NCBI GenBank assembly: GCA_030390025.1 | Contig: CM059425.1 | Location: 175,524,001 to 175,588,000, forward strand | Direction: 5' to 3' | Origin: Squalus acanthias | Lineage: Eukaryota | DNA length: 64,000 nucleotides | In this document: positions 24,560 through 38,390 of the stretch, one piece after another | How the letters are laid out: the number at the start of each line of letters is the position of its first letter | Position numbering within the stretch: the stretch's first letter is position 1 | Notes under the pieces: model-generated | Database searches by the model: none | What the model was told of the DNA's origin: nothing | What the model saw: the letters and a program-made list of their open reading frames with translations, nothing else | Program-made: the position numbers and the translations under genes

Positions 24560-27500
24560 TTTTTAAAAATTTGTTTATGGGATGTGGGCGTCGCTGGCAA
24601 GGCCAGCATTTATTGCCCGTCCCTAATTGCCCTTGAGAAGGTGGTGGTGAGCTGCCTTCTTGAACCGCTGCAGTCCATGTGGTGATGTTACTCCCACAGT
24701 GCTGTTAGGTAGGGAGTTCCAGGATTTTGACCCAGCGACGATGAAGGATCGGCGATATACATCTAAGTCAGGATGGTGTGTGACTTGGAGGGGAACTTGG
24801 AGGTGGTGGTGTTCCCATGCGTCTGCTGCCCTTGTCCTTCTAGGTGGAAGAGGTTGCAGGTTTGGGAGGTGCTACCGAAGAAGCCTTGGCGAGTTGCTGC
24901 AATGCATCTTGCAGATGGTACACACTGCAGCCATGGTACGCCGGTGGTGGAGGGATTGAATGTTTAAGGTGGTGGATGGGGTGCCAATCAAGCAGACTGC
25001 TTTGTCCTGGATGGTGTCGAGCTTCTTGAGTGTTGTTGGAGCTGCACTCACCCAGGCAAGTGGAGAGTATTCCATCACACTCCTTACTTGTGCCTTGTAG
25101 ATGGTGGAAAGTCTTTGGGGAGTCAGGAGATGAGACACTCGCTGCAGAATACCCAGCCTCTGACCTGCTCTTGTTGCCACAGTATTTATGTGGCTGGTCC
25201 AGTTAAGATTCTGGTCAATGGTGACCCCCAGGATGTTGATGGTGGGGATTTGGCAATGGTAATGCCGTTGAATGTCATGGGGAGGTGGTTAGACTCTTGC
25301 TTGTTGGAGATAGTCATTGCCTGGCATTTCTGTGGTGCGAATGTTACCTGCCGCTTATCAGCCCAAGCCTGAATGTCGTCCAGGTCTTGTTGCATGCGGT
25401 AATGGACTGCTTCATTATCTGAGGAGTTGTGAATGGTGCTGAACACTGTGCAGTCATCAGCGAACATCCCCACTTCTGACCTTATGTTAGAGTGAAGGTC
25501 ATTGATGAAGCAGCTGAAGATGGTTGGGCCTAGGACACTGCCCTGAGGAACTCCTGCAGCGATGTCCTGGGGCTGTGATGATTGACCTTCAACCACCACA
25601 ACCATCTTCCTTTGTGCTAGGTATGACTCCAGCCAGTGGAGTGTTTTCCCACCGATTCCCATTGACTTCAGTTTTACTTGGTTCCTTGATGCCACACTTG
25701 GTCAAATGCTGCCTTGATGTCAAGGGCAGTCACTCTCACCTCACCTCTGGAATTCAGCTCCTTTGTCCATGTTTGGACCAAGGCTGTAATGAGGCCGGAA
25801 GCCGAGTGGTCTTGGCAGAACCCAAACTGGGCATCAGCGAGCAGGTTTTTGGTGAGTAAGTGCCGCTTGATAGCACTGTCGATGACATCTTCCATCACTT
25901 TGCTGATGATTGAGAGTAGACTGATGGGGTGGTAATTGGCCGGGTTGGATTTTGTGGACAGGACATACCTGGGCAGTTTTCCACATTGTTGGATAGATGC
26001 CAGTGTTGTAACTGTGCTGGAACAGCTTGGCTAGAGGCGCGGCTAGTTCTGGAGCACAAGTCTTCAGCACGATAGCCGGGATGTTGTCGGGGCCCATAGC
26101 CTTTGCTGTATCAGTGCGCTCAGCCGTTTCTTGATATCACGTGGAGTGAATCGAATTGGCTGAAGACTGGCTTCTGTGATGGTGGGGACCTCAGGAGTAG
26201 GCCGATATTAATCATCCACTCGGCACTTCTGGCTGAAGATGGTTGCAAACGCTTCAACATTGTCTTTTGCACTCACGTGCTGGGCTCCACCATCATTGAG
26301 GATGGGGATGTTCATGGAGCCTCCTCCTCCCGTTAGTTGTTCAATGGTCCACCACCATTCACGACTGGATGTGGCAGGACTGCAGAGCTTTGATCTGATC
26401 TGTTGATTGTGGGATTGCTTAGTCCTATCTATAGCATGCTGCTTCCGCTTTTTAGCATGCTTGTAGTCCTGTGTTGCAGCTTCCCCAGGTTGGCATCTCA
26501 TTTTTAGGTACGCCTGGTGCTGCTCCTGGCATGCTCTTCTACACTCCTTATTGAACTAAGGTTGGTCCCCTGGCTTGATAGTAATGATAGAGTGAGGGAT
26601 ATGCCAGGCCTTGAGGTTACAGATTGTGGTGGAATACAGTTCTGCTGCTGCTGATGGCCCACAGCGCCTCATGGATGCCCAGTTTTGAGCTGCTAGATCT
26701 GTTCTGAATCTACCCCATTTAGCACGGTGGTAGTGCCACACAACACGATGGAGGGTGTCTTCAGTGTGAAGACGGGACTTCGTTTCCACAATGACTGTGC
26801 AGTGGTCACTGCTACCAACACTATCATGGACAGATGCATCTGCGACAGGTAGATTGGTGAAGACTCGTGTTGGTTCTCTCACAACCTGTCACAGGCCCAG
26901 ACTGGCAGTTATGTCCTTCAGGACTCGGCCAGCTCGGTCAGTAGTGGTGCTACTGAGCCACTCTTCGTGATGGATATTGAAGTCCCCCACCCAGAGTACA
27001 TTCTGTGCCCTTGCTACTCTTGGTGCTTCTTCAAGTGGCGTTCAACATGGCGGAGTACAGATTCATCAGCTGAGGGAGGGCGGTAGGTGGTAATCAGCAG
27101 GAGGTTTCCTTGCCCATGCTTGACCTGAAGCCATGAGACTTCATGGGGTCCGGAGTCAATGTTGAGGACTCCCAGGGCCACTCCTTCCCGACTGTATACC
27201 ACTGTGCCGCCACCCCTGGTGGGTCTATCCTGCCAGTGGGAAAGGACATACCCAGGGATGGTGATGGAGGAGTTTGGGACATTGGCTGAAAGGTATGATT
27301 CTGTGAGTATGACTATGTCAGGCTGTTGCTTGACTAGTCTGTGGGACTGCTCTCCCAGATGTTGATGAGAAGGACTTTGCAAGTTTGACTGGGTTGGGTG
27401 TGCCGTTGCCGTGTCCATAGTTGGTGCCGAGGTCGATGCCAGGTGGTCCGTCCGGTTTCATTCTTATTATTGTGTTTCGTAGCAGTTTGTTACAACTGAG

Positions 27501-27588
27501 TGACTTGCTAGACCATTTCAGAGGGCAATTAAGAGTCAATCACATTGCTGTGGGTCTGGAGTCACATATAGGCCAGACCAGGTAAGGA
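24560..27588 (-). mobile_element. Single-ORF APE-RT LINE (CR1/L2/Jockey-group type), copy 1, truncated within its 5'UTR
   Basis: PDIVILTESYL (APE), [23 protein letters not shown] and FADD (RT), with many frameshifts. Confidence 0.9.
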
Positions 27589-27702
27589 AAATTAGATCAC
27601 ATGGTTTCGGGTGGGGTGTATATGTTGTGATACACAAGGTATCGCAGTTGTGAGGGACAGGCTTAATGGACCAGATGATCTTTACCTGTCCGTCATTGTT
27701 TG

Positions 27703-29157
27703 AATCATAGAAAGTTACAGCACGGAAGGAGGACATTTCGGCCCATTATGTCCGCGCTGGCCAACAAAGAGCTATCCAGCCTAATCCCACTTACCAGCTC
27801 TTGGTCCGTAGCCCTGCAGGTTAGAGCATCCCAAGTGCACATCCAGTACTTTTTAAATGTGGTTAGGGTTCCTGCCTCTACCACCCTTTCAGGCAGTGAG
27901 TTCCAGACCCCCACAACCCTCTGGGTGAAGACATTTCCCCTCAAATCCCCTCTAAACCTTCCCCCAATTACTTTAAATCTGTGGCCCCTGGTTTTTGACC
28001 CCTCTGCTAAGGGAAATAGGTCCTTTCTATCCACTTTATCTGTGCCCCTCATAATTTTATACACCTCCAATGAGGTCTCCCCTCAGCATCCTCTGTTCCG
28101 AGGAAGACAGACCCAGCCTATCCAGTCTTTCCTCATAGCTAAGATTCTCTACTCCCGGCAACATCCTTGTAAATCTCCTCTGTACCCTCTCTAGTGCAAT
28201 CACATCTTTCCTGTAATGTGGTGACCAGAACTGCACGCAGTACTCTAGCTGAGGCCTAACTAGTGTTTTATACAATTGAAGCATAAACCCGCTGCTCTTT
28301 TATTGTATACCACAGCTAATAAAGGCAAGCATTCCGTATGCCTTCTTAATCACCTTATCTACTTGGCCTGCTACCTTCAGGGATCTGTGGACATGCACTC
28401 CAAGGTCCCTTTGTTCCTCTACACTACTCAGTGTCCTACCATTTAATGTGTATTCCCTTTCCTTGTTAGCCCTCCCCAAATGCATTACCTCACACTTCTC
28501 CGGATTGAATTCCATCTACCACTGTTCTGCCCACCTGACCAATTTATTGATATCTTCCCACAGGCTACAGCTTCCTTCTTCAGTATCAACCACACAGCCG
28601 ATTTTAGTATCATCTGCAAACTTCTTAATCATACCCCCTATATTCAAGTCAAGATCATTGATATATACCACAAAAAGCAAGGGACCTAGTACTGAGCACT
28701 GCGGAATCCCACTGGAAACAGCCTTCCAGTCACACAAACACCCATCAACCATTACCCTCTGCTTCCTGTCTCCGAGCTAGTTTTGAATCCAACTTGACAC
28801 TTTGCCCTGGATCCCATGGGCTTTTAACTTCGTGACCAGTCTGCCATGTGGAACCTTCTCAAAAGCCTTGCTAAAGTCCATATACACTACATCAAACGCA
28901 CTACCCTCATCTACCCTCCTTGTTACCTCCTCAAAAAATTCAGTCAAGTTTGTCAGACACGACCTTCCCTTAACAAATCCGTGCTGACTATCCTTGATTA
29001 ATCAGTGTCTTTCTAAATGAAGATTTATCCTGTCCTTCAGAATTCTTTCCAATAATATTCCCACCACCGAGCTTAGGCTGACTGGCCTGTAATTACTCGG
29101 TCTATCCTTTTCTCCCTTTTTAAACAAGGTACCACATTAGCAGTCCTCCAGCCTCCG
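27703..29157 (-). mobile_element. 5'-truncated CR1 with GTTTG target-site duplication
   Basis: RT and tail ORF fragments. GTTTG occurs at 27698-27702 and 29158-29162, and the empty site is visible in the paralogous sequence near 53205. Confidence 0.9.
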
Positions 29158-29974
29158 GTTTGTATGTATGACTTAACCTTTTTAAACAAGAATTCCAACA
29201 GAGAACTTGTCAAACTTCTGAATACCACTAACAAACCAGTTTACTTACCTCTTTGGTGAATTACAGTAGATTTCTGAGGTGTCACCTTTTGCTTCTAAAT
29301 CCATGCTAATTTTCCCTTATATGAACATTGACATATTATACTTTTGAGCTCCGTCCCCACCTACCATGGACGTTGAGCCAATTGCTTCTTGGCATAACAT
29401 TCAATATTTTCCTGTCTTCAGGTACTAGTCCAGTATTCTGCTCCAGTATTTATGGAGCTTATAAAACATTAACCAGAGTCTTGCCAATTTTGCTTTTGTT
29501 TAATTGAGGATTTTAGGGTATATCCCAACTGGGCTAAATGGATTGTAGATATTGTTTGTGTTTTTTGACAACCTGCTTTATCGATCACTAGATTCCCAAG
29601 TCAAATTGACTGGATTTAGATAGTGTTCACATTTTTCATATCTGAATATATGAACTGAAAAATGTGTTTAATATCTCGCACTGTAGCTCTCAGATTATCT
29701 GAAAAAAACTCTGCAGTGTAGCATTGAGCCACGCAGATCAGAAGGTCCCTGTGCTGGTAGCTGATCTCAGCCAGGGCAGCAGTAGGGCTGTATAGTTGAC
29801 CTCAGTATCCCTAGTCTAGGGAGTTGAAAAGCCACTTAGGCTTCCACTCCTGATTACCCAATGTCCCAGGCTAGTAAGTGCACTTCTCATGAAGTCAGCA
29901 TCAGGTTCGCTGTGAAACCTGACGACATTAATTTCCAAGGCTACATGCATCGTGAGTACTATGGGCAGTACTCG

Positions 29975-30405
29975 TTACCAAGCTACAAAGGAGACATTCA
30001 AGTGCAGAGAAAAGCCACAAGGCTGATCTCTTGTGTCAAAGGTCTGACTTATTAGGAACGACTGGAGAAACTTGGACTTCTCAGCTTGGAAAGGAGGCAT
30101 CTGAGAAGTGCTCTTGTAGAGAAACACATGATAGCCAAAGGGATGGAAAAGGTAATTCTGGGATATTATTTTAAATGAGTAGGACATGGGTTCAAACTAG
30201 TAAAATGTAAATTTGGGACTGATGTCAGGAAATTAGTATTCGCACAAGAGAAATCGATACATGGAATAGAGCTCTGGATCGAGTATTGGAGGTGAAAACC
30301 ATGGCATCGAAACAATTGGATGCAGCAATGGAATGACTTTCGGATCTTTCTGGATGGATGAATTAAGATGGGCCACGGCTTTCCTCAAACTTAATTATCT
30401 TGTGA
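29975..30405 (+). mobile_element. Ancient CR1 3' fragment
   Basis: Encodes VQRKATRLI..LEKLGLLSLERR-like sequence. A similar piece lies at 23690-24080. Confidence 0.65.
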
Positions 30406-30477
30406 AGAATGGTCACCTGGGTGAAAGTAGGGGGAAAAACTGAAAAACAATCCATTTCCTCTTTTATAATATTTCTA

Positions 30478-30605
30478 AATAGGAAGGGGCGATCGATAGC
30501 TCCGAAAGCTTGTGATTTCAAATAAAACTGTTGGACTATAACCTGGTGTTGTGCGACTTCTCATTTTTGTCCACCCCAGTCCAACACCGGCATCTCCGCA
30601 TCATG
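30478..30605 (+). mobile_element. Penelope-like terminal fragment, truncated in the hammerhead core, with a 12-bp TSD
   Basis: Nearly identical to 56745-56866. ATAATATTTCTA occurs at 30466-30477 and 30606-30617. Confidence 0.7.
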
Positions 30606-31466
30606 ATAATATTTCTAGCCAGCTTGTTTCTTACCACAGGTGCTCAAGCTGTTTATCTTTGTGGGCCGTGTAGGTTGGTGCCGTGTATCCTTGTGGGCCA
30701 TATGTGAAGTTTAAATTCATGAACCCATTAATTTGCATTTATCGCAAGTTGAAAATACTAATGCATATTGGCTGTTCTGATTTGGGATTTATCTAACAGT
30801 AAGGCAACATTGCTAACAATCATTGTCTCCAAACCTCTATGGTCCACAAAATCATAGCAGAGAAACAAGTGAATAAGAAGTATAAGCACAGATAGGATTG
30901 AGGTGTATGGGCTTTGAGTGTTTAACTGACCTAAATATGCCACCTATTGCTTGTGTAATTTTTTTTCAAAAGTGGATCTCATTGCGATCTGCAATCCAGC
31001 CTGCAATCTTATACTTATTTTAGTTACCCTCAACTGACATTTGCATGAATTGAAGCCCTCACTACATTTTGATTAAATCTGTGTATTATATAGTTAATCT
31101 ATCATGGTTCACAATTATTTCTTAAGTCATAATTGTTCTTTACATTTGATACTCTGTAGTTTGCCCTTTTTAAAAATAAAAGTGAGTTAGGAGCAGGTCA
31201 GGATTTTTATAATGAAGTGTATTGTACATTCTTTATGTTCACTCAGTTTAAATCTTTTCAATGCCGGAAAAGGGATGATGTGATTTGAAAAATAATTGAA
31301 CTTGTGCAGCTTGAATCTTTTTAAAAATCTTTCCTGGTAGCATATCTCCTGAGATTGAAATTTGGTCCCTGGCCTGCTCTTAGCCAGCCACTAAGAGATG
31401 CCCAAGAGTGCATTTAGATTATCCTTGGCAATGTGAACTACAATTATTAATGTATTTTTCCTTCAG

Positions 31467-34142
31467 TCCTAGAGATCCTCCTATTCACTTCACTTTGCAA
31501 CAACTCCGGAAACTGCATTTTCTGACAAGTTTTATTTTGCAATACCGAAGATGCACAGGAGTCCAAAACCAGCTAACTCCCCATAGAACTTTGTAAACAT
31601 AGTGAACTTCATTAGGACCAAGTTATGCTTAAAAACTGACAAAGGATTGATAGTTGAGGTCGGGGAGGGAGATGGGAAGAGAACGTTGTGTTTAATATTT
31701 GTGAAATTGTCTGATCTACAAAAGATAAGAAAAGTAGTTACGTCTTGTTGAACTGTGTTCTGTTGCTGTTTCTGAATTGTGAAGAAATAGTTTCCACAGC
31801 ATTAGATTTAAGAGTATGAATATGTGAAAGAGACTGTGTGCTTTTTCATTAGACTGCCTTAAGCATACATTTGTAAGTAACCTTTCCTCTACCAGAAGTG
31901 TTTTGTGTAGAGGGCTTACACATTAGACTTAAAATTTCCTTTTAAAAGAAACTCAGTAGAACTACAGTATGAGGATCGAGCTTATTTTAGTTTTATTTTT
32001 GTCCTCATGTATTTAAAAAGCAACTCGAGCTATTTGGAAAAATATACCTGTCAAACACAAGTCTATACTATAGATGTCAAATCAAATCTTTTGTCAAGTT
32101 TAAATTGTCTGTTATGTTGAATTTTACAATATTGCAACTTACCTCCACCGTCCCAGTTGCAGGTTCACCTTATTGCGACTAGATTTTCCAGTAAAAATGG
32201 TACCAGATAGATGTATTTAATTGGAAAATGTTGTTTAATCTGATTGTAACACAGATGCACACAGTTCATAACCCTTTGGGGAGGATTCTGTCTGTAAGTA
32301 AAATATTGAAAGTTATATTACAAACAATATATTTTCAAACAATTGTGCCAAGATGTACATCATTTGTGTTACTGGTTTACTGTGAGCCAAGGAGCCAGTA
32401 ATAAGTGTATGAGAATTTTTAGTTATTAGCTCAAAAGTACAAGAGCATTGTTAGTTAAAATGGTGGCCAAATTGAAACCTGTATAGCTGTTTAATAGATT
32501 GAGTTTAATCTTTGACAATTTAAGCTTTGCACAGAAAGAAACTTGCTGTTCAGTGATTGTCTCAAAAGCTTTGGTAAACTTACAAGAAACTATAAAAATG
32601 GCAGTAGTGTTGATCCATTATGTTGTCTGAAGTTTATTGTTGGTCATAATGCAATTTAGTTTAATGGTTATTAGCCTCATTTTAAACCTCTAAGTTCGCG
32701 ATTATATCTGGTAGACTGTGAACTACTCAGCACTTTGAGGCATGTCATCAAAATTTGAATACAAACTAGTAATCTATTTATTATGCTGCATACAATGCAA
32801 TGTATTTTTTGGTGGGGAATGAATGAGATGGTTTTTCACATTAACATTAATGGGAGCATGTTTCATTGCTATGTGGCAAATGTATGCAAGTAAAACCTTT
32901 TCATTAAAATATTTCTTATAATAGACTAATTTTATGATCTCATCTAAAGTTCCATTATAATCAATAGAAGTGCTCAAGCCTTAACAAAGCCCTCATGAGG
33001 AACCAAAGTCTCCATGAGTTTGATTGTAGACAGGCAACCATTCCAAGAAAGAGTGAACTGTTTCGATTTGATGTACTAACTAGTAGTTCATCACTTGTAT
33101 AATCATAATTGTGGATGAAAATTCTACACTTGACTCTTGATATTAGAACTTCAGTCTAAGCAATGCAGAAGGCAGCCTGTTGATGCAGTGGGTTGATTTA
33201 CTAATGTGCTTCACCATTGACTTGTAGAATGTAACTTTGCATCAAGAAATGCAACAGCAAGTTCTTGACTTCATTAGTTGCTGCTGAATGGAGGTACATA
33301 CATCCACACATGGAAGGAGCAAATATCTTAAGTGAATCCGCTCTCACTGCTCACACATACCTCCTACTGGCTGGTTTGTTTGGCTTTGACATAAACCTTA
33401 AAAGCAGCTTGCCAGTCTGACATTGTAGGAAGACATTTTGTAGAATTGGAACTTACGAAAATAATATTTTAATTGCAGAATGAAACAATGTGGTTTATAG
33501 AAATAGAAAACTTTAATCTCCTCTCTTTGTGATGGCTGGCAAGGGTCATAAAGCCAGATGAGATTGAGCAGTCTAATCCAATGGACTTAAGACAGATGCA
33601 TCAACAGCACTGTTAAGTTATATGGGAAATAGAAATGTTTATTGCAGCAGGAAGCACACTTAAAACACAGTCATGCTTCAACCTTGATATTAAGATTGCA
33701 TTTAATCAGAGTACTTGATGCTGTTACTCTGTTCAGAGGAACATTCTTCCATTTTTAGTAGTCATCTGTCACCCTGGTATGAAAGTTGCAAAGTAATTTT
33801 TCTATAAATGCTGTGATTTTTTTTTGGCCATTTGTTTGCACTGTTGGTCAAAAAAACTTGTAAACGCCAAATGACGATTTAAAAAAAATCTTAAAACAAG
33901 TTCCCAATAGTTGACTATACTGACTGAAACATTATTAATGATTTATGCCCATAGCATGCATTATAACTTCAGCTGAGTGACATTTTGCAATGGGGGTAGT
34001 GAAAAATAAATGGATGTTATTTCCAATACAAAATGTACATATTGCTGCAGTGTGCAGTTACGTTTTTATTTTTGAAGTTTGACGATTACTTTTTTTTAAT
34101 GAAGGAATATAATTCAAAGAATAAACTAATTTGTTTCTACAT
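31467..34142 (+). other. YTHDC2: Probable YTHDC2 terminal exon: TCC TAG (Ser-stop) followed by a ~2.7 kb 3'UTR
   Basis: TATTAAT branch-like motif, TATTTTTCCTTCAG acceptor, in-phase stop, long AT-rich stretch with no recognisable TEs, and AATAAA at 34005 and 34120 followed by a GT-rich element. Confidence 0.6.
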
Positions 34143-34175
34143 TAGTGTGCAGTGTCTGGTCTGTTTTGTTGAAAT
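34120..34175 (+). promoter_or_regulatory. Polyadenylation signal AATAAA, probable CA cleavage site near 34141, and downstream GU/U-rich element
   Basis: AATAAA at 34120-34125, then ...TTTCTACA|TTAGTGTGCAGTGTCTGGTCTGTTTTGTTG. Confidence 0.6.
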
Positions 34176-34224
34176 TTGGTTTTTTTATTGGTGGACACTA
34201 CATAGTAATACAAACACAGCATTT

Positions 34225-37200
34225 TAGAGTCATAGAGTTATACAACACAGAAAGAGGCCCTTTGGCCCATCGTGTCCGCGCTGGCCATCAAGCCCTGTCT
34301 ATTCTAATCCCATTTTCCAGCACTTGGTCCGTAGCCTTGTATGCTATGGCGTTTCAAGTGCTCATCTTGAATGTTGAGGGTTCCTGCCTCTACCACCCTT
34401 TCAGGCAGTGAGTTCCAGATTCCAACCACCCTCTGGGTGAAAATGTTTTCCCTCAAATCCCCTCTAAACCTCCTGCCCCTTACCTTGAAACTATGCCCCC
34501 TGGTTATTGACCCCTGTACTAAGGGGAAATGTTCCTTTCTATCTACCCTATCTATGCCCCTCATAATTTTGTACACCTCAATCAGGTCCCTCCTCAGCCT
34601 TCTCTGCTCTAAGGAAAACAACCCCAGCCTGTCCAGTCTCTCTTCATAGCTGAAACGCTCCAGCCCAGGTGACATCCTGGTGAATCTCCTCTGCACCCTC
34701 TCCAATGCAATCACATCCTTCCTATAGTGTGGCGACCAGAACTGCACACAGTATTCCAGCTGTGGCCTAACTAGCGTTTTGCACAGCTCCATCATAACCT
34801 CCCTGCTCTTATATTTTATGCCTCGGCTAATGAAGGCAAGTATCCCATATGCCTTCTTAACCACCTTATCTACCTGTCCTGCTGCCTTCAGGGATCTATG
34901 TACATGCGCACCAAGGTCCCTCTGATCCTCTGTCCTTCCTAGGGTCCTACCATTCATTGTGTATTCCCTTGCCTTGTTTGTCCTCCCAAAATGCATCACC
35001 TCACACTTTTCAGGGTTAAATTCCATTTGCCACTGTTCTGCCCATCTGACCAACCCATCTATATCGTCCTGTAGCCTGAGGCTTCCCTCCTCGCTATTTA
35101 CCACTCCACCAATTTTCGTGTCATCTGCGAACTTACTGATCATACCTCCTACATTCATATCTAAATCATTAATGTACACTACAAACAGCAAGGGACCCAG
35201 CACCGATCCCTGCGGTACACCACTGGACACAGGCTTCCAGTCACAAAAACAACCTTCGACCATCACCCTCTGCCTCCTGCCACTAAGCCAATTTTGGATC
35301 CAATGTGCCAAATTGCCCTGGATCCCATGGGCTCTTACCTTCTTGACCAGTCTCCCATGCGGGACTTTGTCAAAAGCCTTACTGAAGTCCATGTAGACGA
35401 CATCAACTGCACTACCCTCATCCACACACCTAGTCACCTCCTTGAAATTGGTTAGACATGATCTCCCCCTGACAAAGCCATGCTGACTATCCTTGATTAA
35501 TCCTTGCCCCTCCAAGTGGAGACTAATTCTGTCCCTCAGAATTTTTTCCAATAATTTCCCTACCACTGATGTTAGGCTCACTGGCCTGTAATTCCCTGGT
35601 TTATCCCAACTACCCTTCTTGAATAATGGTACTACGTTAGCTGTCCTCCAGTCCTCTGGCACCTCCCCTGTGGCCAGAGAGGTTCTGAAAATTTGTGTCA
35701 GAGCCCCTGCAATCTCCTCCCTTGCCTCACACAGCAGCCTGGGATACATCTTGTCTGGGCCTGGGGATTTATCCACTTTTAAGCCTGCTAAAACCGCTAG
35801 TACCTCCTCCTTCTCGATGCTAATTTGTTCAAGTATATCACAATCCCCCTGCCTGATTTCTATGCCTACACCGTCCTTCTCCGTAGTGAACACAGATGCA
35901 AAATATTCATTTAAAACCTCACCTTCATCTTCCAGCACTACACACAGATTGTCACTTTGGGCCCTACTCTTTCCCTGGTTATCCTCTTGCCCTTAATATA
36001 CTTATAAAACACCTTGGGATTTTCCTTTATTTTGCCTGCCAGTGTTTTTTCATGCCCCCACTTCGCTCTCCTAATTTCTTTTTTAAGTACCCCCCTGCAC
36101 TTTCTATACTCCTCTTGGGCTTCCACTGTTTTTAGTCCTTTGTATCCTTTGTATCTGCCAAATGCCTCCCTTTTTTTCCTAATCCATTCTTGTATATCCC
36201 TTGACATCCAGGGTTCCCTGGACTTGTTGGTCCCACCCTTGACCTTTATGGGAACATGTTGGCGCTGTACTCTCTCTATTTCCTTTCTGAATGACTCCCA
36301 CTGCTCTGATGTGGATTTTCCTACAAGTAGCTGATCCCAGTCCACTTTGGCCAGATCCTGCCTTATATTAAAATCGGCCTTCCCCCAATTTAGAACCCCT
36401 TTATTTTCGGTCCATCTTTGTCCTTTTCCATGACCGAATTATGGTTACTGTCACCAAAATGCTCTCCTACTGACACTTCTACCACTTGCCTGGCTACATT
36501 CCCTAGAATTAGGTCCAGTACCGCCCCCTCTCTTGTAGGACTTTCTACATGCTGGCTCAAAAAGCTCTCCTGGATGCACTTTAAGAATTCTGCGCCCTCT
36601 AAGCCTTTCACACTCTTGACTATCCCAGTTAATATTGGGGAAGTTGAAATCCCCTACTGTTATTACCCTATTATTTCTACACTTCTCTGAGATTTGCCTA
36701 TATATCTGTTCCTCTATCTCCCCCTGACTGTTTGTCCCCTTTTTGTTTTTAAGTTCTACCCATATGGCCTCATTAGAGGAACCTGCTAAGATATCATCCC
36801 TCCTTACTGCAGTAATTGACTCCTTGATTAATATTGCGACACCCCCTCCTCTTTTACACCCCCCTCTCTCGCCTGAAGATTCTATACCCCGGAATATTGA
36901 GCTGCCAGTCCTGCCCCTCCCTCAACCACGTCTCTGTGATAGCAACAATATCATGCTCCCATGTGTTCATCAACACCTTCAATTCATCTGCCTTACTCGC
37001 AAGACTCTTGCATTAAAATAAATGCCATCCAGCCTTGCCATACTCCCTTGTGCCGTTACATATTTGCTCTGCCTTCCAGACTGACTTGTTTTTTCCTCTA
37101 TATTTTGCTGTGCATCACCCCCTACTATAGCTCCACTCCATATCCCATCCCCCTGCCAAGTTAGTTTAAACCCCCCCCCCCCCGAACAGCACTAGCAAAC

Positions 37201-38390
37201 CTCCCTGCAAAGATGTTGGTCCCGTTCCGGTTCAGGTGCATCCTGTCTGACTTGTACAGGCCCCACCTTCTCCAGAAGCAGACCCAGTGATCCAGGAAAC
37301 TAAAGCCCTCCCTCCTGCACCAACACTTTAGCCACGCATTCATCTGCTCTATCCTCCTATTCCTATACTCTCTAGCACGTGGCACCGGGAGTAATCCAGA
37401 GATTACAACCTTTGAGGTCCTGCTTTTTAATCTGCCACCTAGCTCCCTAAATTCTTGTTGCAGGACCTCCTCCCTCTTTCTACCTATGTCGTTGGTACCA
37501 ATGTGAACCACGACCTCTGACTGTTCGCCCTCCCCCTTCAGAATGCCCTGCAGCCGTTCAGTGACATCCTTGACCCTGGCACCAGGGAGGCAACATACCA
37601 TCCTGGAGTCACATCTGCGGCTGCAGAAACGCCTGTCTGCACCCCTCACTATTGAGTCTTCTACCACTATTGCCCTTCCACTCTTACTCCTCCCCCCTTG
37701 TGCTGTTGAGCCACCCACAGTGCCGTGAACTTGGCTCTGGCTGCACTCCCCAGAGGAACTGTCACTTTCACCGTTTTCCAACACAGAAAAATGGTTGTTG
37801 AGTGAGATGCACTCTGGGGCTTTCCTGACTACCTCGCCACCCTTCTGACTGCACTTTCTTAAGCTGCGGGGTGACCATGTCTAAAAACGTGCTATCCACG
37901 TAACTCTCAGCCTTGCGGATACACCGCAGTGCCTCCAGCTGACACTCGAGCTCCGAAAACCGGATCTCAAGTTGGCCAAGCCGTTGACACTTACTGCACA
38001 TGTGGTCAGCCTGACTGCAAGAAGCATCTAGGTATTCCCACATGCTGCAGGCCGTACTTTTAATTAAAAAACTCTTACCTCAAATTTAAACTCTCGGATT
38101 CTCGGTCTCCCGAACTACCTTAACTATGAACTACCTTAAAAGAAATAAACTTAAAATTGAAGAAAAAAAAAGCACTCGCTCACTACTCGCCAATCAGCTT
38201 CTTCCCCTGTGCCGGCATCACTTTCTGTATTGTGACGTCACTCTCGAATTCTGCCGCCGCTCCCCCTGCTGCCACTGCTCGACTAGGCCTGAAAATCACC
38301 GACCTTTATTTTCTCCCACAGCCACTGCTCCCTCGCAGGTCCACCGCTCCCGCTGCTCGACTGGGCCTGAAAATCACCGACCTTTATTTA
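34225..38390 (-). mobile_element. Full-length CR1 LINE with frameshifts; a 544-aa RT-containing stretch is open
   Basis: ORF1 pieces at 37161-38043, APE pieces, RT ORF at 34304-35938, and a 5'UTR with a duplicated 35-bp motif. Confidence 0.95.
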
